NCBI RefSeq assembly: GCF_018977255.1
Contig: NW_024704743.1
Location: 96,288,001-96,352,000 of the forward strand
Direction of reading: 5' to 3'
DNA length: 64,000 nucleotides
Source: Callorhinchus milii
Lineage: Eukaryota
The notes under the pieces were generated by a model. That model worked only from the letters and a program-made list of their open reading frames with translations. It searched no databases and had not been told where the DNA came from. Every line of letters starts with the position of its first letter. Within the stretch, counting starts at the first letter, position 1. The translations under genes were made by a program, and so were the position numbers. Shown in pieces: positions 41,601-56,600 of this stretch.

Positions 41601-44600
41601 ATTCACTCTACACTCTAATCTAAGCTGGGAGTATGTTGCTTTTTGGAGGTGCCATCCTTCAGAAGTCTCATTAAAATGAGGTGCTATCTGCCTCTTCGGG
41701 TGGATATTAAAGACCCTATAGTATTATTCAAAAAGAGAAGTGAGTTTCTCCATGGATGTTAGCCAACAATGCACTAGATGGGCTGCTGGATTTGCCTCCA
41801 ATACACAGTCACTTCACTACACAGTATATCCTGTGAAGCACTTTAACATGTTCTTCTGACATAAAAGGTCCTATACAATTGCAAGGATTGTTAATATTCT
41901 TATTAATAAATCAGACTCGGGCCTTCTCCACTACCTCGCAAGAAGTCAGCATTTGTAGACTCCTCTTCCTACTTTCTCACCCCACCACACGTCATTTCTA
42001 AGACTAACGATTTGTTTTAAATATTTTTTGTCAATTCCTTCAAAAAAGCGATGTTTATCAACTTACGTCAAAATTTGGAAGGTTGACTATTTAAATTTAC
42101 CTCCCACTCTTTAAATTTAAACCGTGTTCAGAAAGCAGACGTTTAATGGCATGTATGATTTTATTTCTTCCTAGCTGGAATCTGCCTTGGATGTAAGGAT
42201 ATCTCAGATCGCTGTGGATCAATGTGCCAACATAGACTGCGGGGCAACAACTGGCTGCACAAGCCTCACTGCTTTCAACCCCACCCCAACAGTGCTCAGT
42301 GCTGGGAATGTGTCATTTGTTTCTGTGACAACAGCCACCACTGCTCAGTGCATCTGCAAAGCCCGAGAAGAACAGCACTTGTCTTGTTCCTCCTATCCGC
42401 GTAACCCTTGTCTGAACGGTGGGACTTGTATCACAACTGATTTGGGCTTCAGGTAATTCAGCAACAAGTCATATATTACAATCACATTCCATTTGGTATC
42501 AGCTCCCACTAGAGCAATCTAGATGACATGTTAAACTAAGGTCCCATCTGCCTGTTCAGATAGACATTAAAGATCCCATGGCACTCTTCGAAAAAAGAAG
42601 AGTTTTGCCCGGTCTCCTGCCCAACAATCCCCAAAATAAAATTGGCCATTCACTTCATGGCTGGTCATGCGACATTGCTTACCCAAGTTTAGCTGCCGCT
42701 TTCGCCCAGAACACACACAGTTACTCCACTTTACAGTGCATCCCATGAACGGCTTTGAAACTTCCTCCTGACATGAAAGGATTGTTATTATATTTTTTAA
42801 AAATGAACTAAATTCACATAAAAAGCTGCTTGTCATCCTGTGAAGGATTGTTTCTCCTTGACCCATTGAGCTGTAAGGAGACATAAGTGACTAAAATGAT
42901 TGGACTTCATTATTTAAACCTTGTATTTAAACCCTGAAATGTTGGACTTTGCTCTAGTTTACTGATTGTGATAAATTGGATAAAAAGCTTCTAAATTAAA
43001 CTCATTAATTTAAAGGTTATTAAAAGTTACAAGATGTAAGCTTGCAACTTTTGATAACCTTTAAATTTCTGAGTGTTGCATGCAATCAAGAGCTGACCAT
43101 CCTGCTATCTGGTGAAACAAACATTGCATGAGAATTAAATTTCAGATGCTCTGCAGAGTCTCAGCCTTTCCAATCCCAGTAGAACAAGCACTCCAAATTT
43201 CAAAATATGGTAGAAATGGTGGAGTAAGGCTATTCCCACAAATTCTGTATTTGTGCCCCAATTTCCTACCTTCCGTTCCTAGCCACAATGACTTCTACTG
43301 GGGTACAGATCCACATGCACCAACAGCTAAAGCAAGTTATTGGATAGCTCTCTTGCATTCTAAATGGATAGAAACGTGAGTTAAGTTTACACCAGCTTTT
43401 TATGCGAATTTAGTTATAAAAATAAAGAGAAAGTCAGCTTGTAAACTTGCAATAATATAAGATTGTTTACATAGCCAACAAAAATAGCAATTCTCAGCTT
43501 AGCTTTTCTGTCTGTCTCAGTCAATTATTTTAACTCAAGATCGTTAGATTTCACTTCCTTCAACTTGTAAACTCCCACATGACTCACCAGCCAGAAGCTT
43601 GTCTGATTATTGTTTGTGATTAAACGCAGTTAACGTTTTCCTTCTTCCCTTGGACAGGTGTGAATGTAGCCCGATGTTTGATGGGCCAGAGTGTCAGCAG
43701 ACCAGGCATACGTTTAGAGGCCATGGTTACGCCTGGTTCCCTCCAATCAAGCCTTGCTTTGAGAGCCTTATTTCCCTCGAGTTCCTCACTGAAGCTCCCA
43801 ATGGTCTTCTGCTATACAATGGGCCAGTAACACATGTGAGGGCTGGGGAGACAGAAGACTATATTACTTTAGGTATAAACCTTTAACTCAGTGTCAGATA
43901 CAACAATCGGGTTTCTGAAAACCTATATTTTTTAACACTACCGTCTTAATTTAAATTTTCCACTGATATTCCTATCCTGCCCTCTTCTCTTCTTTACCAG
44001 GTAACTCATGTTGGGGTACAAATCCACTGGTCCAAGTCCACAGCCCTCACGTACCTCAGTCAGTCATTGTGAGCTGCACTCTGAGTTTTGTTAGGATATT
44101 TAGTTATGGAGACTATTGAACTGCCACCCAACCTGATCTCAGCCAGCTAAAGTGAAATTCCAACAGATGTCAGTGGATAGCACTGAGGAGCAACCCTGGC
44201 TGATTCCCTTCCTAATCCAAAGGGTTATGGTAATTTTAGCAGCTCCATTGACATGAACTAACTAAACTAGTATTGTATGACTCTGTACAGGTCACCAGAG
44301 GGGTTTCACCCACTGAGGGTTAAGAATGGCAAAATCTGTGCATTACTTTTCATATACTTAGAACAACCCAAGCCTAACACTGTCTTCACCCGACAACCTC
44401 CCTCATGCATCTTCCAGCAATCGGCAGCAGGAAGCCTGGCTGAGGTGCTCTCCACTAACTCAGAGGCCAATTGTAAGCATGACAAATCCTTCCCCGGCTG
44501 AGATCAGCTAACTCAGCACAAACTTGGATCCAAACTTACAGTCTTCCACTCAATCCATTGCAGTACTGCCATGAGGAATGGACAGGGGATAATCTATCCA

Positions 44601-47600
44601 CAAATCAATCGTCCTGACCCTGAATTATTGAACACTTCCTACATTGTTTTACACAGAGCTCAGGAATGGAGTGCCTACGCTCGGCATCAATCACGGCTCA
44701 GGAACACTCCGCCTCCAGCTGCCCTCTGATGGCACTGTTGCTGATCGACATTGGCACCGTCTGGACATCACAAGCAATGGAAAGGTATATTTGTCAGCCT
44801 AATGGATGCCAGTTAATGGGAGCTTGTCAAAGGAAAATACTCTTAGGCATTGTCTTATTCCTGGTATATTCTCCACTGCAAACTTACATTGTCAGCATTT
44901 CCAAACGCAGTTCTTTGTCTCTGAGTTACCTTTCATTGAATTATTTTGTGATGCCTGAATTCATCTAATCTCAGAAGCTAAGCAGGGTCAGGGCTGGTTA
45001 GTACTTAGATGGGAGACCATCTGGAAACACCAGGTGCTGTAGGCATTTACCATCAGGACCACCAGAGGCTCATCAACTCAATTTATTTTGATATTCTATT
45101 TTGCCTTTTTATTGCTCGCATTTTCACTGACTTTGAAAATGTTCAATTCTGGTTCCCATTTTACTTAATAGCCTGTAGGTTAGGGTAACGCTTCAGTGTC
45201 ACAACTTTATTGTCAAAAGAATGTGGGTTGAAGTGAATATATATTTCCTACAAGAAGACACTTTTTTTTCACAAATACAGCCCTCTTGATGTAATTTATT
45301 GTTGCTTTGTATTGTTGCTCCAGTATATTTGTAATTAAAAAGTACTAACAATAATTGCATTTGGTACAGCATTTTATCCCATTAAAATATCTCAAAGTAC
45401 TTCACAGTGTTTTCTATCAAGTGTAATAACTGAATATTTATGGGCGAACACGGCAGCGGAATTGGCCTGACAATGTCCCACAAACATTTTGACGTTATAC
45501 ATGCTATATAAAAAGCAAGGATTATTATAATTAATTCTAGTTCTGGTGGAAGATTATGTAAATAATATCAAATGCAAGATTCATTATGTAATGTTTGTTA
45601 TAACTGAATGCTGTTACAGAGAGTGAAAATGACACTTGACCAATGTGCTGGTGCTGCAGTGAACGAGAATGAAGGGACAGGAAGGGGACCATCTGAAATG
45701 GATCGGAGCATGTGTGAGATCTCAGGGGAAACTCCTGGGGAAGCAAGGTATGAGAGTCACATATTTAAGGCTAATCCTACTCAGTTAATAAATTAGGAAA
45801 CGCCCTTGGATATTATTTTGCTTCACATAATCTGAGTCATTGAGTCAAATCCCTACAACGCCCTTCCTAATACCCTCATGAGATCCTCTAGTCCCCTTTA
45901 TTGCTTTCTTAGAGCAACTGGGAATGAGCTACAACTAATGGATTTTTCAAAGAATTTTTAAGAGTTGTATTAGATCCTATCTTGATCAATCCTGATCCAC
46001 TAAAAACAAATGACTTTTCAAACCTATCTTGAAGAGGTTATATATGAGGTGAAATGGAAGGGAGGGCTGGGGGCTTATGTGGAGTATAAACACTGACAAG
46101 GACTAGATGGGCTGAATGGCCTGTTTTGGCGCAGTATCACTCTATCTAAGTATCCTTATATTTATAATCCTCAACCTGGTATTATCCTGGTGAACTATAT
46201 TCCTTTCCGTGGTTCTGATGTCCTTTCTGTATTGGGACATTCCGAACTGGACACAGAACTGCATCTACAACCCAATGGGCAACTTGTGTAAATTTAACAT
46301 CACTGTTTGCCTCTTTAATAGATTTTTATTTCTGAGTCGTGATCTTTTTATTATAGAAGACAAGTCACTAAATTATTCCCTATTCTGCATGCTCAGACAT
46401 TTAATGACATGATGGAGCCATACTTCATACAAGGTTTCAGGTCCCAACACATCTGAAATGAAACATTAAATTACGTTCCCACCAAGCTGAGTTGAGAATT
46501 CCGTCATCCACTAAATATTTAACTCCTTCTCCAAATCTTGCTCATTAGTGACTTTTGGTGATCACACTCTCTTGCCATTTTAATCCTTTGTCTCAAGTAG
46601 TTTGCCCCATGATTTCTGGCAAATTCAGCCTTATTCCTAACTTATTCTTAACTTGTTATCCCTGATTTATGACTCCTCTCAGTCCAATCTAATCAGCCTC
46701 CAGCTTAATGTTGAAGTCCCATTTTAAGGTTAAGGAACGACAATATCTCTAGTGTTCGAAAAACACACAGTGCTCCTCACCCCCATCCAAAGTGACTCCT
46801 TTCTCCGCGCGGTCTTTCAGAAGTTCAGAGGAAACACAACTGGGTTGCTTTCTGTCTCCACCAGGTTTCTAAATGTTTACCAACCTCTTCAGCTGGGTGG
46901 AGTCAAGGAGTCGCTGCCATACCATAGCAAACAAGCGAAATTCCCAGGATTTGTGGGCTGCGTGCGGAATCTGGTTGTTGACAGTAAGGTAAGGGCTCAC
47001 CTGTGAGTGGCTGGTAGCGGGACGCTAGCTGTGATACACTTTAACTGATTTCAATTTTAATTTGGTTTGAATTTAGACAAGTAATATCAACCTTTATTTT
47101 TGCTTGATTTTTTTGCAATATCTAGCTAGCCTTTTGATGAAAAAAAAGAATGGTCGCAAAGTCGTCATGAACATCATTTCCTGTGCACTGTCTTGCCCTG
47201 TGGACTGTCTTGCCCTGTGCTATGTAGCAGCGTACAAATGTTGTTACTGGCACATGAGAAGTGACATCCGTGACCCACTTTCGACATTCCAGTATTTTTA
47301 TAATTTGGAAGTCAATTTTCAGGAGTTCTTTTTAACACAGTAGCCTTAAGGCTAAACTATGAGCATGTATAATAATAATAACAATCCTTGCATTTGATAT
47401 AGCGCCTTATCACGTCTTCGAGACGTCTCAAAGCACTCCACAGAATGTACTGCAAAGTGAATTGATTGGATATTTTGTGGGTGAAAACTCTGCAGCCAAT
47501 TGCGCACAGCAGTGTCCCACAAACAGTCATGGATGGAGTGAGTAAATTATTATTAGCTTTTATTTTTTTAAGGATTACCCTGGGAAAGGGATCCACCAAT

Positions 47601-50600
47601 CGACTAATAACCAGGTTCATACTTAGTGCTAGGTAAACAGAGGCATGCCGAGTAAAGAAACTTGCCCAACCTTTCACCTTGCCCAGGAATCGAACCGAGG
47701 TGCTTTAACTACTAAGCTATAGGACTCCACAGTTGCTTAAGAGTAGAAATATAGGAGTGAAAATTCCAATGCATGAATTGTTAATTATCACCAGAGATGA
47801 TTACATGACATACCACAATTTTCTCCCATTTAATTAATAATTGTTTATTTGTGCTTATAGTTAAGTGTTGGCAAATCAACTTGTTGCAATATTGTGATTT
47901 TATTGATAACCTAAATAGTAATTTTAATGTTTGAATACAATATAAAAACATGTTAAGCTGATATTCCTTCTCTCCCACAGGTATATGACCTGGGAAACCC
48001 TGGGGAATCCTCAAACAGCAGCCCAGGCTGTGCCGTGACTGATGGGGTGTGCCACAGTGCTGGGACCTTCTCCTGTGGAGTTCATGGGAAATGTTTAGGG
48101 GAATGGGGCTCTTTCAGCTGTGACTGCAAACCTGGCTACACAGGCTACAAGTGTGACAAAGGTAATGAGAATGACAGTGCAGAGAACAACAACAACTTGC
48201 ATTTATATAGCACCCTTCACACGTCTCAATTTAACAATAAATTGAAATAAATGATTTTTAAATTAATTTACTATGAGTGAATTTACAATGCGACTTATGA
48301 GATCCCTGTTCATTTAACACTTAAATAGTGTGTATCTGGGATTTAGAATCTTCTGCTCTTGGATGACCATAACAGCATTGCATGTTAAAGTTCACATTTG
48401 ATAAAGCACCTTTGAAATGTTTCAAAGCATTTCACAGGCCATTGTTGTCAAGTCCAGTGACAATATTTGAGGGCAAACGCAGCAGCCATTTTGCGCACAG
48501 CAGGATCCCAAAACAACAATGATCAGTTTATTTCTCTGCCTCAATCCCTCCACCTCACCCTCTATTATCTATCCTTAAATCCCACTTTAATACCTATCTC
48601 TTTGACTGTGCCTATGATCACCTTTCCCTCCCCTTTCTCTTGCTCAGCCACTCTGCAGCACTCCAAGATGCTATCCTGAATGAAGGGCGCTATATAGAGG
48701 CAAGTTGTTGTTTGGAGGATTGTTGGCCAGGTCCCTCAGAACCTCTGGCAATAGCATAACACAAAATCAGAACCTTGAGAATCGAAATGGCAATGATTTA
48801 TATCAAGAATTAGTCATTTTCAGAGTTGAAAATTCAATCTCCTTCGATGGTCGGAAGAATACCGTGCTTCTTCACAGAAAACGGATGGAAAAGGTTGTGT
48901 TTGGGTAGAGTTCTGCAGGTTGCCATTACATACTCCAAGTTATTTGCAGTATTTCTAAATCATAGTTGTTGATGACTCCTATTACGAGTCTGCAATTCAG
49001 ACTTTAATCGTGTTTTACCACAGCCTTGTGCATCACTGTGCGACTCTGCATCACTGCATCATCCTGTTCATACAGCACTTTCAGACACGCTGAATAAAAC
49101 ATGGAAGCATAAATCTTTTCAGTAAAGGAGGCCCTTTGGCCAATCTTGTCTGTGCCACCAGTGTTGTTTTTTTCAAGTCACCCTGTTTTATTAGTCTACT
49201 TTTGCAATGAGAAAGTAACTTTAAATTATTTGCAAATAATATTAATAACATTTTTAAGAACGATTCCCCAATGATTGTCCTCGAGAGTTTAGTGGTCAGC
49301 TCCAGGGTTTGGTTTCTGTAGGTTTCATTTCTGTGACCACTTGATTGTAACATGCACAGCTTTTCTTGGCAGATTTAAAGTCCCTGGTGCTGTTGTAATG
49401 TATGCAGATTATGCCCTCCATGCTCATTATACAGTCACTTAAATATTAATGATGTATCCACTTGTGTGATTACCAAACTCACCTCAAAGGAGCTTCAACT
49501 GCTTTTTACAAACAATAAAGCTGCTCACACAGCATCATTTCTGAAAAGTTAATTAATGGGGCATGGGGGGAGATTCCTGGTGCTGCTCGGGTCAGTAAAT
49601 TTTCCACTGTGCGCTTCTAATGGGAAGAAGAATTCCTGTTTTTAACACTCATCTGCAAAGTCTCCACCCATAGCTACAAGCAGATTATCTCACACAGGGA
49701 GTTTATAACATGTGGTTTGACTTGTCTTTGTGAAACAAATGACGCTGTGCAATGGCCCAGAGTCCAACCACCACTCAGTCATCCGTTCTCCTCCCTTCCC
49801 TTGCCTTCCTCCTCTTCTGAAGGTGTTTTTTGAGGTATGTTTCACCTTATGTTCAGTTCTGCACAAGTCTTCCGGTAGCTCTTTCATTATTCAGTGCAAA
49901 CTTTCACAATGAATGTAGGGAATCAGAGCCAAGCCTGAGCCTTCCAGTGACTTATCAGTGTCATCTGTGCTGTCAGGAACAGGCAGAATGTGAAGGCTTT
50001 AAGTCGCCCATGGGCAATGGTGGGGGAGGGAGAATTGGCGGATGTAGCAATTTTCAGACCTCTCAAAATGGTTAGCTGAAGATCCAAATAAGCCAATTCC
50101 TGGGAGCTACTCCCAGAACTGAGGAAGTGACATGGTGCAGACTATCTGAAGACAAGTGGTAGATAGATGAATACCATACAAAACCTGTGACAGATACAAC
50201 TTGCTCTGTATGGTGTTTATTCCTGTGCAGGTTTATTCTCTGTAGGTGATGTGCTTTGCTGCTGGAGTTCCATCTTATATTGGTGTTTGACATGACTAAC
50301 CTTTGGTTTGGTTGTCCGTAGCTCTGCCAGAATGGTCTTTCGAAAAGGACAGTATGATTCAGCACCAGCAGAGAGGTGCTCTGAGCACTCGCAAAACACA
50401 CACGCAACTGATGCTTCGGACCCGGACTCCCAATTCTTCTCTGTTCAGCCTGGCATCCAAGGACAGAAGTGAATACATCGTACTGGAGGTAGAAATCTCA
50501 AACTGTCCTGACAATGTGTTAACACAATGTAAATAAGTGAAAAATGAGTTACAAGTGATAAATGTCATGGATAAACACCTGAAGAGGAACAATATAAAAG

Positions 50601-53600
50601 GAAAAAAAACAAGGACTTAGGAATAAAATAGTTTGCTTCAATGACAGAACTAGCAGCAGGTTAATGGGCTGAATTATCTCCTTCTTGGCTGTGACTTACT
50701 CCAGTTTCTGATACAATGATATTGAATAATATATTCTTCACTAGTGATGTATTAGAAATTTGATGAAAAGTAATGGTGCATTCCTCAGAGTTTCAGTCAG
50801 CATTCAAACAGAGTCAAAGCCAGGAATGCCTCAGGTGAGTTCACAGGCATCTTGTTGAGAAATACGGGAGTGATTTGAGGTCTTTTTATGTAACATTAAC
50901 TCTAATTTAAATTTCTGATATCACTTGAACCATCTCAATCAGATTATCACGTCTGTTGCTCTCTGTGGGAGAAGGAAATTCATGGGGATACAAATTATTG
51001 CTAAAAACACAGACTTTGGTCAAAAGAGCCCAGAATCATTCCTGCTATTTTTTGCTGTTATAAAATAGATTGTCGATGGGTATGTTGGAGTTCGTGCCAA
51101 TCTTGGTGACTGGGAACATTCACTGAAGCTGCCAACAATACGTGTCGACAATGGGGAATGGACCATTGTAAACATGGACCGACACGACAACGAATTCACT
51201 CTACGTCTTGAGCATGGAGGAGGTGCTCGTGAGGTTACCTCAGTCCTTGGTACTCACAGAGAAATCCTGATAGATCCTTCTAGTCTGGTGTTGGGCAGCA
51301 GCCTTCCTGAACATCCAGCAAGCGATTTCCAAGGTATAGTTCATCATTTATCCGCATTAAGTATTTTGAAACATTTACATTGGGTGTCAGCCTGGCTCGG
51401 TTGATAGCACTCTCACCTCTAGGTCAGAAGAATGTGAGTTCAAGCCCCAGGTCAGAACTTTGAACTCATAGTCTACAATGAAACTCCAATGCAGTCCTGG
51501 AGGAGCGACACATTTTTGGAGGTGCTGTCCTTTGGATGAGATAGTAAACCAAGGCTTTCTCTGCCTGTTCGGGTGGAACAACACGATTCCAAAAGAGAAG
51601 GGAGTTTCTCCCGGTGTCCTGGTGAATAATCTTTCAGATAAATTAATCATTCACTTCATGATTGTTTTGGGAAAAACAATTGATGTCTTCGCCTACAAAT
51701 ACACAGTCCGTACACTTTATAGAAATTAACTTTGAAGCACTTTGAGATATTATAGACACAACATCAAATGTGTGGATTATTTCAACCTGTGAAAGGCATT
51801 ATATAATGTGAATTATCTCTTTTTTTTAATGGAATAATTTCAGCAACCATTATCAAATCAACGTGACTAGAAAATGTGAAAAGGTTATACTGTTGTGTTG
51901 TTTTAAATTCAGGCTGTATGCGTGATGTCCGATTAAACGGTCATCTCCTGCCGCTGGATGGGAAGAGTACAGCTTTGACCATGACCCTGGATCGACAAGG
52001 TGTGACAATTGGTTGTCACTCAGATGCTTGTATCAACAGGCCCTGTAGCATCCCATTTAATTGTGTGGACTTGTGGAGGAAACACGAGTGCAGGTAGGGC
52101 ACCATTGCCTTTTCACAAATGCACTGCATTTTGAAGATATGATATGCACCAGATTATTTGTAACAAATAGTTATATTACAAATTCCTTTTCTAGCCTGTG
52201 AGAGAGGTGGCTAATGAAAACTAGGTTCTTCACAGGGAGAGGGCAAGCTGTCAGTCTGGTGCAGTAGATAGCATTGTTTTCTCAGAGTTAAAAGGTTGTG
52301 GGTTTTAATCACAGATCAGGACTTCTGGCGCTAAATTAAATGTAATAATATCAACCTGTCCACTCCCTCTACTTAGCAGGCTCTGGTCTGCTCCACGTCC
52401 CCTGCCTGGCCCGCTCAAACATCAGCGGCCGGACCTTCAGCCTCTCTGCCCCCACCCTATGGAACTCCATTCCACATTCCCTTCGCCTTGCTCCCTCCCT
52501 TGCCTCCTTCAAGGCCCGTCTCAAAAGCCTCCTCTTCACCCGAGCCTTCGGCCTCCCTGCCTGTCCTCCACCCTCCCCGATCCTGACCCCCAGCTCGGGT
52601 CCAAATTTCTGACTATCCAGTGCCTTGGGACATCTTTCACAACATGAAAGATGCTATACACATGTCATTTGTTGTATTATTGACATTGGAAAAAGCTTCA
52701 ATGTCCCCTTGTGGTTGAAATGAGGGACAAATCAAAGTGTTGGTAAGCACAGTACCATTAAGTGACAGGTTGTCATTTTTATTGCAGGTGTCCAGCTGGT
52801 CAGACAGCACTGAGAGACAGCCACACAGGTCTCGAGCACTGCACTGTATCACCCTGTGGACAATGGACATGTCGAAATGGGGGCACGTGCATCGCACAAA
52901 CTGTTGTCCGCTTTGTTTGCCATTGTGCAGAAGGTTATAAAGGCCAGTGGTGTGAGATCAGCCTGGTGACTTCAGGATCCCCTGTGGGACTGAGCCTCAC
53001 TTCCCTTCTGGCCATCAGCATGTGTCTGCTCCTGTTCTTAGGTACTTCAATAAAATTATTTCGGGGGAGGGAAGAGCTGTTTCCTTGCCAACTTTCTCCC
53101 TATTTCTCTTCACAAGATCATAAGCATTGTTAAATGAAGAAAGTCCTTCAGCACACCTAATCTCGTCCCTCCAGAATACCCAGCCTACCATCTTCCCATC
53201 ATAGCATCAAGCAGTTTATTAAAAGAGTCCTGGCCTCAACTATCCTTGCTGGTGACCTGTTCCAGTCATTAAATACCCTCTTGGTAAAAAAAATCTGTCC
53301 TGAAATTGCCCCAATTGTACACACATGTTCTACTGTTTTGGTGCATCCCAAAGTACCATTATGGGTTTACCCCTAAAATATGTTTCACTTCCTTTTCTTA
53401 GACGCCTAAAACACTTTCCTAGACACCCTCTGGTATCGTGCCCAAGTGGCTAGTATGTGTAAGCCTTTACAATGGGTCATGGTAGGCTATTAAACCATGG
53501 TTATTCATAGTCATCAGATTATGTCCATAGGGAGTTGCTCCATAGGTTTAGAACCCTCCCCATCCAACTGCTGATCACTCAGTTCCCCCTCCTCTGCCAC

Positions 53601-56600
53601 TGCTGGCAGACACTATTAAGCAGTCTCTCTCCTCAGGATCAGTCTCACTCGCCCTCAAAACCACGGTCATCACCCCCCTCCTCAAAAAACCTAACCTCAA
53701 TCCTTCCAACCTCGGCCACTACCGCCCTATCTCAAATCTGCCCTTCCTTGCCAAAGCTCTGGAACCGTTTGTTACCAACCAACTTTGCGCACACTTCTCC
53801 CTCCACACCCTACTCGAACCCCTCCAGTCCGGTTTCTGCCCTGCCCACAGTACAGAGACGGCACTCGTGAAGGTCACAAACGACATCCTCTCTATTTGTG
53901 ACCAGGACTCCCTTTGCCTCCTTGTCCTCCTGGACCTCTCCGCCGCGTTTAACTCAGTCAATCACGCCATTCTCCTCCACCGCCTTAGTGGGACCGTACT
54001 CACCTGGTTCGAGTCCCACCTTACAAACTGCCAGCACTACATTTCTGCAAATGGCTTTTCTTCGCGCTTCCACCCGGTCACCTGCAGGGTACCCCAAGGC
54101 TCCATCCTTGTCCCCCTCCTCTTCCTCATCTATATGCTCCCTCTCGGTGATGTAATCCGCAGACATGGCGTTAATTTCCACATGTATGCGGATGACACTC
54201 AACTCTACTTTTCCACCTCGAGCTGATGTTCTGTCAGCTTGACTGTTGGACATCAGGAGCTGAATGAGCGCAAATTTCCTGCAGTTAAACATCAACAAGA
54301 TGGAAGCCATACCATACTCTTTGGCTCCCACCGACGTCTTCTGTCCCACGGTTCCGACCTCCTCAACCTACCTAACCTGTCCTTAAAACTCTCTGAACCC
54401 ATGTGCATCTTAGGTGTCAGGTTCGATTCCCAGTTATCCTTCCTTCCCCACATCCGGTCCCTGACAGGCACTGCTTTCTTCCATCTCCACCACATTGCCC
54501 GTTTCCAACAATACCTCACACCAAAAGCTGCCGAAACCCTTGGCCATGCCTTTGTCATCTCTCGGCTGGACTACTCAAATGCCTTCGTTGCTGGTCTCCC
54601 CTCCTCCACTATTCACAAAATCCAGCTCATTCAAAACTCTGCCGCCTGCATTCTCACCTGCACCAAACTCCACACCCCGATTACACCAGTCCTTGCGAAA
54701 CTACTGGCTCCCTGTCACAAAGCAGATCGACTTCAAGATCCTCACTCTAGTGCTTAAATCCCTCCATTCCTTGGCACTCCCACCCCACCCATCTCTCTTA
54801 CCTCCTCTCTCCCCACAGCAGTACCCGTTACCTCTGCTCTGCTGGGATCGACCTCCTCCATGTCCCCCGAATCCTCCTCTCCACCATCAGCAGTCACTAC
54901 GCCCTGAAACATTGGAACTCCCTCCCTCAACCCCTTTGCCTCCACCCCTCCTTCCCCATCTTCAGGTCGCATCCAAAGACCTTCCTTTTCGACCGTGCCT
55001 ACGGTCACTTTCCCCCAAACCCTGGCTCAGCCTTGGGCTCCACTATTGTTAAGCGCTCTGAGGTGTGGTGGGCACTATATAAACGCCCGGCGTGTTGGGT
55101 GCTATATGAATGCAAGTTGTTGTTGTTGTTTACTTTCCAACAGGGATCACTAGATAGAAATCAGGAGCAGAACCTTGATTTCTCCTTCCATCCCTCCCCC
55201 CATTTTCCCTAATCCAGGTAATTAAGACAGTTGTCTGTCCTCTATTGCCTACCGTGATCAAATAACTCCGTACAGACCAGAGACTGAACCAAGTACCTTT
55301 TCAGTCTGCGTGGCTGAGCTGATCACTGAATCGTCTCCACTTCTCCCTTAAGGCATTGATTCATGTTGCTGTAGAATTACATGGGCATCAGCATCCCTCT
55401 TCAGCATCCCACTAAGCCTAAGTGGCACATTCTTCATGTGTGAACCTAGACAGTGGATTGTTGGCAGGCTATTTGGTCATGATCCTGTCCCTCCCCACTG
55501 TCCACAGTAGAGTCACTAGGTAGCAGCCAGGTGTAGGAACTTTGGTTGACATTTTCTCTTACCTAGACCAGCTGCACTGAAGTTACTGAGTTTGCTGAGA
55601 TCTGACTGTGCCTTTGGTATTTCAGTTTTGGTGGTTGGCTTCAGTGTCTGGTCAATGTGTGGAAAGACTAAGTTCCAGAAAGGAGGAGTTTACCACATTC
55701 CTGTAGAGCATGAGAGCTGGGAAGATGTTCGAGAAAACATTCTGAATTATGATGAGGAAGGAGGTGGAGAAGAGGATCAGGTATGGTTCTTTTTTAATGC
55801 AAAATATTGAATTCATTAGGAAACAAAAATTGTGGAATCTTATCACCCATCAATTACTAAATACAACAATCTTTTGTTATTTCCCATAATGACAGCATAA
55901 TAAAATAATTGCTACTTTGAGGGATAAATGCATGATAACCCCTATGATAACCCCATTTCATCTCCTTTAACTCCTCAATCCCTCTCCCCAACGCCACCTA
56001 ACCCACCTCCATCTCCAACCACCCATGGAAAACAATCTCACCGCACTCCCTCTCCACTGCCTTGGACTCCTCCCCCTCTGGCCCACCTCCCGCACTGATT
56101 TATCCTCCTCGCTCACTCTCCTCCACATCTCCCTCTCCACCATTCTTGATGCCCTTACCCCCTCACCTCCCAAACCGCCTCCTGTTCACGAACCTCACCC
56201 TGATACCACAGCCACCTCCGCTCCTCAAGGGTCAGGTGGGGGCCGCTGAACGCACCTGGCTCAAATCTGATCTAACAGTCCACCGGCAGATCTGGCTGGA
56301 CCACATCAAAACGTACCCCTCCGCCCTCGCCTCCTCCAGATAATCCTGCTACTCCAAGATAATCTTGGAAGCAAAGGACAGCCTCAGGCTCCTCTTCACC
56401 ACCAACCAACTCCTCCATCCACCCTCCCATGCCTCACCCATTCTCTCCTCAAACTGACTGTGAGGAGATGCTGGATTTCCTCAAGTCCAAAATTTGAGGG
56501 GATCCAATCAGCTGTCTTCGCCCTTCAACCCGCTATTCCCTCCCCATCTCGCTCCACCACACTCCGACTCCTACCCATCCCTCCCTCCACATCTTCAAAC

